Assembly: GCF_026571515.1 (NCBI RefSeq)
Contig: NW_026860356.1
Location: 124,001 to 188,000 of the forward strand
DNA: 64,000 nucleotides
Direction: 5' to 3'
Origin: Ruditapes philippinarum
Lineage: Eukaryota
Shown here: positions 52,228 through 64,000 of the stretch, in pieces
Position numbering within the stretch: the first letter of the stretch is position 1
Layout: the number at the start of each line of letters is the position of its first letter
The notes under the pieces: model-generated
The model's database searches: none
Told to the model about the DNA's origin: nothing
Seen by the model: only the letters and a program-made list of their open reading frames with translations
Translations under genes and position numbers: made by a program

Positions 52228-54130
52228 TATACATCTGAACTAATAAGATCTGTGAAAACTATACTGATAGTTATTTTATGATGAACTATATTTTAGGTAG
52301 AACGGAAAAAAATTCTTAAAAACATAATTTTGAATTGATAACCTTTACTTAAAAAGCATGCTCCTTTTTAATAAATGTAATTACCAATTATATGCAAACT
52401 CATTGACTTTCTTAAGTTTTTTTTTCAAAATTAATATTCAGAAGAAGACAAAACTTTGACTGAATTACAGGCAAAAAAAATGCAAAAAAATCAGTAGCTA
52501 CCTTTGAGAATGATTTAATGAATATATCAATATAAAAACGAACTTCTACACCAGGTGTCACAATGCATTCAACATTTAACTTTCAGAAATGTAATTAGCC
52601 TGTACATCTTAAAATTCTGTTCTGGCAAGGTTTGAAATCAGATCGGCACTAATAATATCATTTGACGACTTTTAAGCTTTACTGGTGTAAAAAACCTCGG
52701 TAACCAATTTGTGCATATTGTTATTATTATCAGGAACAAAACGGGTACTTGATTGGAAACACCGATCCCCCGTAAACTTTCTTGATAGCTTCCTAACTGT
52801 AATAGTGGCAGTTTTAAATGAGATTCGTTCGGACATATAGCGATCACAATTTGGCCGTAATAAGGAACATGTATTCTGTGGGTTTGTATAGTTGGGATGT
52901 AAATGTAATAGGATGGGTATTTACGGTAATCTAAGTTAACAGTTAAGAGTTACTATCTTTCTTACTTATTGCATGGTATATACATTATCATTCTCAACCA
53001 ATCAAATTGTTGCAGTGAATACTGAATTGTATAAATAAGCTGACTTTGGCAATGTTAGCTAGGTTAGGTACTGTACCTACTCTGGTCAGTACAACAAGGC
53101 TTAGCCTTGAAACATTAAACTGGACTTAGTCCTAAATACAAACGTTTACGTTTATTATAATCGACCACATATAAAATATATCATAAACATAATCTTAATA
53201 AAATAATAGATATAGTTATTCTTTATATAAAACTAAATATAATTTGATTTGTATACTCATTCAATTTGTTAGGGCTTTTCATATATTAAAAGCATTGATT
53301 GAAATTGTATTTACTAGTTGTTGTTGTTTAGTCCATCATCTTTATAAAGTGACACTTACATATAAATCTACTGAGCCCTGAGAATTTACTCCAGTTATAA
53401 CTTGTGATCGTTTGGTCTCCGTGTAAAGCATTGATTCTCATTAGAACCTGACCACTATTACATTGGTGCCGTGACCATAGAATTCAGTGCTTGCATAGAG
53501 ACCATACATGTATATAAGTCATATATAAATTAATTTTAGTTTGTATTGTATAAATAATACAACTTTTACAGTGATGACATGCCTATATACATGTAGATCT
53601 ACAAAATTTGTGTATTGTTTAGTACATACTTTGTGAATTGTACTAAATATTACTACGTGTAGTAATTTGAGAATCTATCTCATTTTCAATCTATATTGCA
53701 CTATAACATTGGTTTCATAACTGGTGACTTTATATAGTGTGTTCTTTTTCTTGTTATTATTTTCATTGTCTTGTGTACTAGTATAACAAAGTACAGACAT
53801 TGCAAATCTGAAATACATGTATAAATGGAAGAAATTATATAGGGCATTATTCAGAAGATGTGTATAGATGTTGGACTATTCAATACAATAATAATATAAA
53901 TCTGAGATAAAATTAAAATAAGGAATAAAATAGGGTAAATTAAAATTTAGAAGTTTAAAAAAAAAATACATAGGATATATTTGTAATTTAGTAACATAAA
54001 AATAATAAATACATAGTTTAAAGTAAATTAGAAAACTATAAAATAACATACTATGTCTTAAAAAAAAAAATTTTAAACAAAAAAAGAAAATCGGTCAGTA
54101 TTTTTTGTAATTTTGGAAAGCAGTTTTAGG

Positions 54131-55919
54131 ATGGAATATTATGAATTGAACATTAATATTAGCATTCTGACTACACCTAGCACGAGAATTTCAAACACTC
54201 ATTCACCACTTTATGTAGATTCATTTCCTTCTAATACAAGGCAAAGGGACACAGCACATTTACAAAGGTATAGTGAATCTTTTGATGATAAATTAAGGTC
54301 TCCATATTTGAAAGAAAAATTTGTGTTTTCCCCTATCCATAAAACTGAAATTGAGGGACATTTGAATACACCTGAACAAATTATTTATAACAGGTATAAT
54401 TCAGATATGCCTACGCGTACACATGTACAGTCACCGTTAGTTTCTAAGGGTAGTAATGAAGGGTTGTTACGAACCAGTGATGGCTTTGTTTTATCTAATT
54501 CAAACAATGGACCACAACATCAGCGCCTAGGAAGGTTTATCCCACAAATGCGTTCAGTAAATTATGAAAGAGAGGAAGATACAATTTCTCAAAATAAATC
54601 TTACACAGTACCAATAGTTACTATAAGAGAATATAGTGATGTTAAGCATTCACTTCATTTGACTACAGCACCAGGAGATTTACTACACCAATCACCATCA
54701 GCACTTATCAAACACCATTAACGCATACATTACCTCATATGTATAATACAAATATGGGACAGACATCTCAACAGTGTATACAAACAAATGCTGCATACAT
54801 GACACCTCATACACAGTCAAGCTATATGCCCATGCCTAGTAACATGCCAGTATTTAATTATAATACACATGGAATCATACTAGTACTCATTCAAACACAA
54901 ATAGAAACATAAAACCAAACAAATTCGATGATTCTACCACTGAATGAACATATTATATAATTCATTTTGAACGTGTTGCCTCCTGGAATGAATGGAATGA
55001 GCAAAAAAAGGCATGCATGTTATCCATCAATTTAAGGGGGGAAGCCCAACGCTTACTCTCTACATTAAGTTCCCCTCAGTTAACTGATTATAATGAATTA
55101 AAACATTAAAACGAGCCCTGACTCAAAGGTTCAGTCCACAAGAACGGGAATTGGCATATAGGTGTGAATTCCGAAACAGGAAAAGGAATTCTGGGGAGTC
55201 TGTATCAGATTATGGATATGCATTAAGACTTATAGGACAGAAAGCATTTCCTTTAATGCCCCATACGGCACTCGAATCTTGTATCATTGATCAGTACATT
55301 CATGGTTTGGGTAGTTTTGAGTTACAAAAACATGTACAGTTTTTACATCCAACTACTTTAGATCAAGCTATAAGTGCCGCGGTAGAATATGCTGCGTTAC
55401 AGGGGTCACTTGATAAAAGATCAAAACCCGTAGATGACAAGGGGGACTTCTCTTCCATTGAAAGAAAATATAGTTTCTTCCCTTAGGCCATCAAATATGA
55501 AAACTGATTGTAATCTTGAAGATTTACAGCAAATGTTATCTTCTTTGTTAGATCAAAAACTTGAACAAAAGTTTAATGAAAAAATGTCTATGCTTGAAAA
55601 CAAATACTCGGATAATGTTATAAAGAAACAAAACATATCAAGTCAAAATAGCCCTTCACGTAATTCACGTGCAGATTCATCTCCACACAATAACAGACGA
55701 GTAGGAATTCAGAATAGATCCCCAAATCATTCCCCAAATAGGAATTTAAGGAATAATTCTAGGAATATTTCCTGTTCATATTGTAATAAACTGGGACATA
55801 CAGAAAGTCAATGTTTTTTCAAAGAGCGTAGAGATATTTTCTGTATTTTTTGTAAAAGGAAAGGCCATATTGAGAGCCGTTGCTTTCTAAAACAAAATGC
55901 TCCCTTACAGGAAAACTAG
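54131..55919 (+). pseudogene. gag: gag with capsid-like region and two CCHC knuckles, disrupted
   Basis: HFERVASWNEW, LRGEA, RKRNSGESVSDYGYAL, CSYCNKLGHTESQC, CIFCKRKGHIESRC; several stops/frameshifts. Confidence 0.88.
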
Positions 55920-56142
55920 ACCGGACTGGGGTTGTGGCCAAAACTTCAGTCATTTGTAAAAATACTAGGCCAATATGTGACATTACTATGACAAAATGTG
56001 ACACACAGTGTTCACAAATTAGTGAAAACACTGAAAACACAAACCTGATAAATGTTAGTTTACCAGAAATTGAAAACATAAACATTGTTCCGTTAAAAGT
56101 ACTTTAACGTCTGAACATTCAAATACAAATAAACAAAACACT

Positions 56143-57051
56143 TTGTATAGGAAAATCCCGGAAATAACAATTACTCCACCCGAATTAAGTCCTACTCCTA
56201 CTATAACAGAGACGAATGCTCAACGTGACTTATGTCAAAAACTAGGACAAGAGTGGTCGAGAAATGAAGGTCAAAATGTATATTGTGCAAATATAAATGA
56301 ACAAAGTACGAGTACATGTACACCATTAAGTTTGAAATTTAAAGTCACTGATTTAAATCATATTGAGAGTAAGGTTTTACAACAGAATAATGTTGATATA
56401 AAAACACCTCAAAGTTTAGGCCAGGAAAAGGAAAACATTGTTTCTGATATAGACAATAAAAATAAAACATGTTATTATGTAAAAACTGCTATAGGGCAGG
56501 TTAAGGGAGGAATGCTTATAGATTCTGGAAGTCCAGTTTCTATTATTTCCACCAAGTGTTATGATAGACTCAAACATAAGCCTAGGTTAGAACTTGTTAA
56601 AATGCCTTTGTCTACAGCAAATGGAGTCAGGCTGAAAATTGCTGGAAAATGTATGATTACTTTTGAAATTGAACATCTTGTTTTCTGTTTTGAGTTTATA
56701 GTTGCGGATATTGAGGAAACAATAGGCATTTTAGGCATTGATTTCTTCGAAAATTATAATGTCAGCCTGAAAGTACACAAACGCATGCTAAAAACTAGAA
56801 TGGGAAAAGTGAGATTGGATAACTTTATCTCAAGAATGTGTGCAAAGGAACAAATAACAGATATTCCTCATAAAAACAAACCATTGCTACACAACTACGA
56901 TCATGACAATTTGAATAAGTTAAGTGCAACACGAAAGTACTGGTTTATAGATAAAAAAGATAATGGTAAAATGATACTTCAATATACATTTGGCAAGAAT
57001 CAAAGTAAATCTTTTGAAACATTAGACACAAACTCTGCGTCAATATTTTAA
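56143..57051 (+). pseudogene. Retroviral-type aspartic protease
   Basis: LIDSGS, TANG, GILGIDF motifs. Confidence 0.88.
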
Positions 57052-58615
57052 ACATATTTATACTTTGAGAGAAACAAGCAGTTACTTGTCCAAAGCAAAA
57101 TAATTATGCTAGAACTGATGTCATGGATTAAAAGAGTGAAATGTTACTTAAAAATGACCATGTCTAACCAAGACTTAGACTAATGTATGGAATGGAATGT
57201 ACAGAAAAATACCAAGTTTAAATCAACACGACTTTAAAGGAAGATATATGGATATAAATCATTTATCATAAAATGTAATATATAGTTTACATTAAATAAA
57301 TCTTGTGATGATGATAATACATAGTTTGATTTTAAACAGCAATATTCATGTTGACATATGGAATTGAATATATGTTCCACATTGTACGTCTGAAAGATAA
57401 AGAGTTTAGAATTGTCATTTATTTTTTCATTATGTTTATATGAATATTAATTCTTGTTTAATTTTTCAGACTTCATATACATGTACATACTCAAGCCAGT
57501 TGTAACACACAAAACACTGCTAGTAATGGTGAAACATCATTTGGGCTTCACATTGTTTTCCATAATTCCACTACGGCTAGTGGGACCCAAAAATTTAAAG
57601 GTATCTTACAACAGGCTTTACGATTTATCCAAAAATTGGACTGTTTGTTGTTAAAGTTTATGAAATTTAAACTTTCTTAATTGTAAATTCAGACCTAATA
57701 TGTAATGTTTTGTAAGATTACTAGTTAATTTATGTCTTTATTATTCAACCATTTTTATGCTAATAAATTTTTTTTGATTATTTTATCTTATACGACAGGG
57801 AATTTTTAATTTTAAATTGTCATATAAGGGGTTTTTCCCCTTTAAATTAAATGGGAAAAAATCATTCCTTCCCTTTTTTTTAATTTTTCAACAAACATGG
57901 GTTTTTGTTTTATAAGGAGGGACGAGTTAATAGATGGGTATTAGGTAATTATTAAATTAGAAGTGACTATTTCTTTCTTTGATTGCATGGTATTTAAAAC
58001 ATTATCAAATGTCTCAAAAACCAAAAAAATCCAAATTGTTTGGCCCCAGAATGGAACATACTTGAATTGTATTTTAAAAGGCTTTACTTTTGTGCAATGT
58101 TGCCCAGGTGAAGTTTCACTTTTTAATAAACCCGGTTTTAGTTACAACAAAGGTTAAGTTGAAACAATTTTTTAAACTTGACTTAGTTAAAATTTCAAAT
58201 TTTAACGGTTTCTTAAATTTAAATGGGACCCACATTTAATAACATGTTTCTTTTAGAAAGATTAATGTTATTTATAATAATAAATAGAGTATATTTCTTA
58301 ATATAAAACTAAAATAAATTGTTCAGTATACTCATTCAATTTGTTAGGGCTTTTCATATATTAAAAGCATTGATTGAAATTGTATTTACTAGTTGTTGTT
58401 GTTTAGTCCATCATCTTTATAAAGTGACACTTATATATAAATCTACTGAGCCATGAGAATTAAATCCAGTTGTAACTTGTGATCGTTTGATCTCCGTGTA
58501 AAGCATTGATTCTCATTAGAACCTGACCACTATTACATATCAAAAGATTAAATTGGGTTGTATATAAGAGTTGCTTTCTTCCTTTTTTACTTATTCTTTG
58601 AAATACAAAATGGTA

Positions 58616-59352
58616 CAGTAAACTTCACTTATAGCGAACACGGTAATAGCGAATTTCCGGTTATAAGGAACACTTTATTTTTGCCCGTATTTTGCCCTTC
58701 TTTATTTAATATAAAAATATACGGTTATAGCGAACACGGTTTTAAGGAATTATCGCTTATAAGGAACTCATTTTTAGTCCCAATTCTGTTAAAAGTACAG
58801 AAAATTATACTTTTATAGCGAACTCCAAATATCGGCTATCCATAAATATATCCCGCATTTTCAACTTTCTGTGTCATAGGCACGAATTAAAATTCGCCCG
58901 AATGTGACGTTTATTGTTGTCTGTACTTGAATACAGCTATGAAAATTAATTTGTATAGCAGTGGGTAATAGTTTTCTATTTAGGATATTTTAAGAATGAG
59001 TTATTGTCACCAAGATAAAATGGTTATTCCATTAATTGTATTATTTCTTTTCTTTAATAGGTTTGCTCGAGTAAAATAATTATGATCATTTATAATCGGT
59101 TTTCAACATAATCACACATTCTTGCTAATCCATTGAAAACTTCAAAGTACGTTTGATTGAAATAAAAAGAAATCTATATCTTTCATAAGTAATAGTCACC
59201 CTTAAAATATAATAAAAGATATTCAAAATAAAAGGAAGGAAAAAGGAAAACCTTGTTTATTCTTAATCATGGAAGGATAACGAAAAACACTGAGTTTAGA
59301 AACAAAATATAATATTTTATGATGTATTGAAATAGAAAGTAAAACTAAATTT
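58616..59352 (+). mobile_element. Tigger/pogo-type DNA transposon 5' fragment
   Basis: TA-CAGTAAAC end; repeated TTATAGCGAAC subterminal motifs; MEG*RKTLSLETKYNIL*CIE CENP-B-like HTH start near 59269. Confidence 0.8.
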
Positions 59353-60139
59353 ATATATATAGTTTATACTATATCCTATATCAAAAGATTAAATTGGATT
59401 GTATATTAATGTTGCTTTCTTCCTTTTTTACTTCTTCTTTGAAATACATAATGTACAAAAATGGTACACTGTATTTATTTATTATTCATTTTGAAAGAAA
59501 CAAGTTAACACATTCAACCTTCTCTTCAAAAGAATAATTTAAAGTTTTCAAAACTCATTGTCTTCTATTGTTTGAAATTTGAAAAGAAAAATCTTCCAAA
59601 ATACATATGTATGACAGAAATATATGTGATTATTCTGTAGGAGCAAATGAACAAAGCGGCATGCACAAAAGCATTGTTAAACGGTTCGATGCATGTTATT
59701 TCTTATAAATGCCGAATCTTCGTATGGTTTACTTTAAGCAGACTCGATCCTTTGCCCTCTGCTTTATCTTATTTTCATTTACGATATAGACAAATTTTCA
59801 ACCTAATTTAATTAGCACTTTTGTTGATGAAACAATTCTTTATCTAGTTATTGAAAACCGCAAATCGCTGCTTGACAATTACTTTTAGGCATCAAAGTAA
59901 TAACAGCAAGGGGACACAAATGGCTGATAAACTTTCATCTATCTAACTTTAAAGTCAATACAATTAGCATGTAGAAAACTAAACAGTTATCACCAATTGC
60001 TCCAAATACCTAACCAAACTATAGATGTAATCCAGAACTCGGCAAATTTTGAGTTTTTCCAAACTAATCTTCCGGTACTAACAAACTTGTATCGTGCATT
60101 AACGGTCACAATTGATAAGTCAACCCAGAAATGTTAAAC

Positions 60140-60915
60140 AATGAAACGGCATTTCATGAAGTTTTAAAGTTAAAGGATATATAAAAATACTTCTTTGAGA
60201 AAACTTTTTGTTATTTTATGTTTTTGGGAAGTTGGCGGCCTAGCGGCTTAACGGCCCAGCGGCCTAACGACCTGAAATTTCAATGTTGTAGAAGTTTGGG
60301 GAAAAAATGAAAAAGTCTGTCAATTAACTTTTAAAGACATATCTTATTATTTGAAAGCTATATAAAAGAAAAAATATCACATTAAGAAAGTTTTTCTTTT
60401 CTCTAGCAACTGACAGCCGAAAATTTTACAGTTGTAGAAAAGTTATAAACATGATAAAATGGGACTTTATGAAGTTCTTAAGACTATTCTTGATATAAAA
60501 AAGATAATTTTATATAAAAAGAAACACATCTTTTAGAGAACTTTTTTATTGGTTTAATTTTTTTTATTTAATCATTTTGTGACGTTTGCGGCCTGGCGGC
60601 CCAGCGGCCTTGTGACAAATAATTTGAATGTTGAGGAAATGTTATATAATCAATAACTCGGAATTCAATGAAGTTCTAAAGACAATACTTGTTACTCAAA
60701 AGATATATAAAAAGAAAATATCACTTTAAGAAAACCTTTTTATTTTATCATTTTTTGTGAAGTTGGATACCTAGCCGCCCAACGGTGTAAAATTTTACAG
60801 ATATAGAAATGTTATAAAAAATGGTATTAAATGAAATTCTTGTTATTTAAAAGATATAAAAAACAAAGAATCATTTTGAGAGATCTTTTATCATTTTTAG
60901 TGAAGGTAGCGGCCA
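60140..60915. repeat. Degenerate tandem units with GCGGCCTAGCGGC motifs
   Basis: Motif recurs near 60236, 60588, 60770 and 60910 with similar A-rich flanks. Confidence 0.5.
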
Positions 60916-63098
60916 AACTTGTCATATATATCGTTAGCCTAAGATTTAGGCGTTGATATTTTTTGCTTATTCATAACATACGCGTTATTTCAATCTCGTT
61001 CGTGTATTTGATAATATTGAATCAATAATTATTATTATTATTTATTATTTAATACCGATCCCTGGTTGTAACCAGAATATAACATTTATAAAAGTAAAAT
61101 TATTAAACAAAGAGGAGAAAACTCTTGAAATAAAGATGCTAAACTTATGAACATTGTCATACATGATATGAGTGTAACAAAGAACAATTATCTCAAGTTT
61201 AAGGAAGATACCATTTATGGTCACAAAAAAGAAAAATGAATTTTAAAAAAAAAATTAATATATATATACCATTTATAGTAACAAAGAAGAAAATTAAAAG
61301 AAAAATTTAAGTAAATTTCAAATTGAAAATGAAAAAAATCATGGAAACCTTTGTCTTATTAATGTAATCACATATGAAGTAGGTCTTAATAATGAACGCC
61401 TTTTTTAAATTTGAAGTAAATCCATGGAAAAATTTTAAAAAACTAAAAAAAATGAGTAAGAAAATTTAAAATGTTATGGAGGAGATAATTCTGGAAATAT
61501 GAACGCTAGATTTAAAACCCTTGTCACATTATTAAGATATGGCAGTTTGAAGGAAGTGCTTTAAAAGTTTATAAAGAAGTTTCACAAGCTAGCACTGGCA
61601 AATTTTTCCTTTGAGACAATTTTTTCGCGGCGAAAATTGCCTGTCTGTATTTTATTTTCAAATAAGGCAATGGTACTACATGAGATATATAGAAAACATA
61701 AACTATATACAACTTTATTTTGGTAGCTACATTTTTATCACATTGACACATGCAACTTATATAATTTACAGTCAGTAGTTATCATAAAAGCTTGCAGCTC
61801 AGTTACTATAACATTTGCCAGGTTAGGTTGGGCAGCAATGTTCCCATAAAATCTAAGTCAGTTGCATGACAATGACAGCAGAAACACATTCTAATGTGCT
61901 GCTTTAGCTTGCTTGGTAAATGCCGTGATTTGGCTTGAAGACATCTGTATAAAAATAAACATGTTTGAAAGAAAGAAGAATGAAGAAAAGAGTACTAAAG
62001 AACTCTAAACTAAGATAATGCAGCTAAAACTCACATACTTTTCAAGTGTAAAGTAATCAGTATAAGTTACCTAAAGGCATTTTGAATGCTTCTTGACTGA
62101 ATCTTTATTATTTCACAGTCATTTGCAAATTGTAAATGAATGTTTCTGTGAGAGCTTTAGACAAAACTGAAATTTGGTTTTAAGTTTCAGAAATGCCTTA
62201 CCCTGTCAAGCTTCAAATGTCAAATAATTTCCATGTCAATTTTATGTTTTTGGGGCCATAATTAGGTCAGATTTTATTGGCAATAAATCCCCCACCCCCA
62301 AAAAAGCAGCAAAGAACCCTTCACTCTATAACTCACAAATTCCTTGGATCTTTTTTTCTTAACAATAAATACCGGCAAGTCGTCAACTGCAGAACATAAT
62401 TTGTCACTATTTCATACCCAACTGCTGATTTGATTAGCGATAATCTTAAAATGCCGCTATTTATTGTTTCATACTGAATATTAAGACCAATTATCCAGTT
62501 CATATTCAACAAACTGCCAAGTATTATTACACCAATTAGTGTCATATTTATCAGCTGATAAACATGTAAACATACCATGAGGTCAATGTATTAGACTGTG
62601 TTACTGTTCATAACAATATTTTATTCGGATAGGAAGTAACAAATATCAACCAGTCAATGACCCACAAGAAAAAGATTGTGTCGCTGTGTTTTGGGATAAG
62701 AAGCGGTAAAACGGAAGTTGTAGATGGAAAACCAAATGTGTAGTTTTCCATTCTTAATATAGCAAATGCTAAATTTAGACTGGAGATACCAAAAGTCATA
62801 TTTTTCGTAAGTTTGAGCCAATCGTGATTTTCTTGACCCAGTTAAATAATTTTGGAGCCAATTTGCTCATTGGCTCCTGCAAGCGCGAGCTGTTTGAGTA
62901 AAATGTTATAATTTCTAGAAAAAAAATCTAAGTTCAAAGGTAACAAAATTCTGGAAATAGTCAAACTAGAGTATTTAACCTTCTCACAAATGACTTGAGT
63001 AATAGTAAGACACACACACACACATATTATATATAACTTAATAGTAGATACATTATGTACGGTGGCACAAAGGTGACATGTGTGTATTTTTATTTATC

Positions 63099-63397
63099 TC
63101 GTGGCCACGAGTAACTAAGTCGTGGCCACGAGATAGCTTAGTCGTAGCTACGAGATACTATGTCGTGGCCACGAGTAACTAAGTCGTAGCTACGAGATAC
63201 TATGTCGTGGCCACGAGAAACTAAGTCGTGGCCACGAGATAGCTAAGTCGTGGCCACGAGTTACTAATTCGTGGCCACAAGTTACTAAGTCGTGGCCACG
63301 AGATACTATGTCGTGGCCACGAGTTACTAAGTCGTGGCCACGAAATAGCTAAGTTGCGGCCACGAGATACTATGTCGTGGCCACGAGATAGCTAAGT
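63099..63397. repeat. 21-22 bp minisatellite with palindromic core TCGTGGCCACGA, 14 units
   Basis: Directly visible. Confidence 0.95.
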
Positions 63398-63782
63398 GGT
63401 ATCTTATTTGAAATCACAATTACGAGTTCACAGGTTCGAAAACTCCAGCGAACTCCGCCAGGAAACTCAACTCTGCGCGTGTTGAGTACATTGAAGCAGG
63501 ACTGTTTTGAAAACGTTTATGATAAATGGGTTGCCCCACACTGACAGTGCCTCGCGAAAAACGGTGAATACTTTGAAAAACATTTTTAAAAATCTTATAA
63601 CGTCATGACGTTTATGACGGCGTGCGCCGGGTATGTATAGGTAGCATTTTTTAAATTTTGATAACTTGGTCAATTTTGGAGGTATTTTTATTTTATTTCG
63701 CATAGACACACATAAAAGGTGTATTGACTTTTTCCTAGCTGGAGGACTCTATTGTATTATAATTGATTAAGTAACAGACTTT

Positions 63783-63811
63783 GTCTACGATATTTTTGGA
63801 CAACCCTCGTA
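63783..63811. mobile_element. Mariner-type TIR end
   Basis: GTCTACGATATTTTTGGACAACCCTCG-TA, similar to the end at 1003-1032. Confidence 0.45.
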
Positions 63812-64000
63812 TAATGAATTTTTTTAAACTTAACAACTTACTTTTACATGCAACATTAATCTTTGAAAATACTGTAGATATTCACTTTGAACTTGTTAGA
63901 AAGTCACCTTCAAATGCCCATCCGACATTTATTTTGACTGGCAAGTTTGTGATCGAATTGGTCTGTTTGTACATACTACGGCCTGGTAACCTTATTTATA

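Larger units (their letters stand above)
52904..58537 (+). mobile_element. Gypsy-type LTR retrotransposon, non-autonomous (gag + protease only)
   Basis: 5' LTR 52904-53462 (TGTAATAG..CTATTACA); PBS-His TGGTGCCGTGAC 53464-53475; PPT 57914-57926; 3' LTR ~57927-58537. Confidence 0.9.

Noticed and set aside
52502-52847. Candidate first exon / 69-aa ORF
   Set aside because: There is an in-frame stop in the phase needed to join the 51310 exon, and the ORF overlaps the inverted LTR-like piece.
62333-62799. Two hydrophobic minus-strand ORFs
   Set aside because: No recognisable motif or splice support; hydrophobicity is expected from AT-rich sequence.
63099-63397. CRISPR-like array
   Set aside because: The spacers are 9-10 nt and recurrent, there are no cas genes, and the context is eukaryotic.

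Overview
AT-rich animal genomic DNA, most likely a bivalve mollusc (oyster-like, inferred from the repeat families). The backbone is one large minus-strand gene that I assembled by hand into 29 GT-AG, phase-compatible exons (51310 -> 1200; 4251 nt, about 1417 codons). Both its start codon and its 3' end are unresolved. It encodes a mosaic extracellular protein: ApeC-like, 2x F5/8C (discoidin), acidic Ser-Gly linker, 2x CUB, C-type lectin, kringle, 5x LDLa, then a fibrinogen-like N-terminal motif. The introns and upstream region hold many transposons: (1) a full-length decayed CR1/L2-type LINE with an 8-bp TSD and a 2A StopGo motif; (2) a Gypsy-type LTR element carrying only gag and protease; (3) a mariner, a Tigger/pogo 5' fragment and a BEL/Pao gag fragment; (4) tRNA-derived SINEs and several Helitron-like non-autonomous elements carrying 160-170 bp satellites. 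The most unusual object is an 838-bp miniature LTR element (51390-52227) with one TSD, one PBS and one PPT but two unrelated LTRs, one of which contains a tRNA-like Pol III unit. All calls come from reading the sequence; no searches were run.
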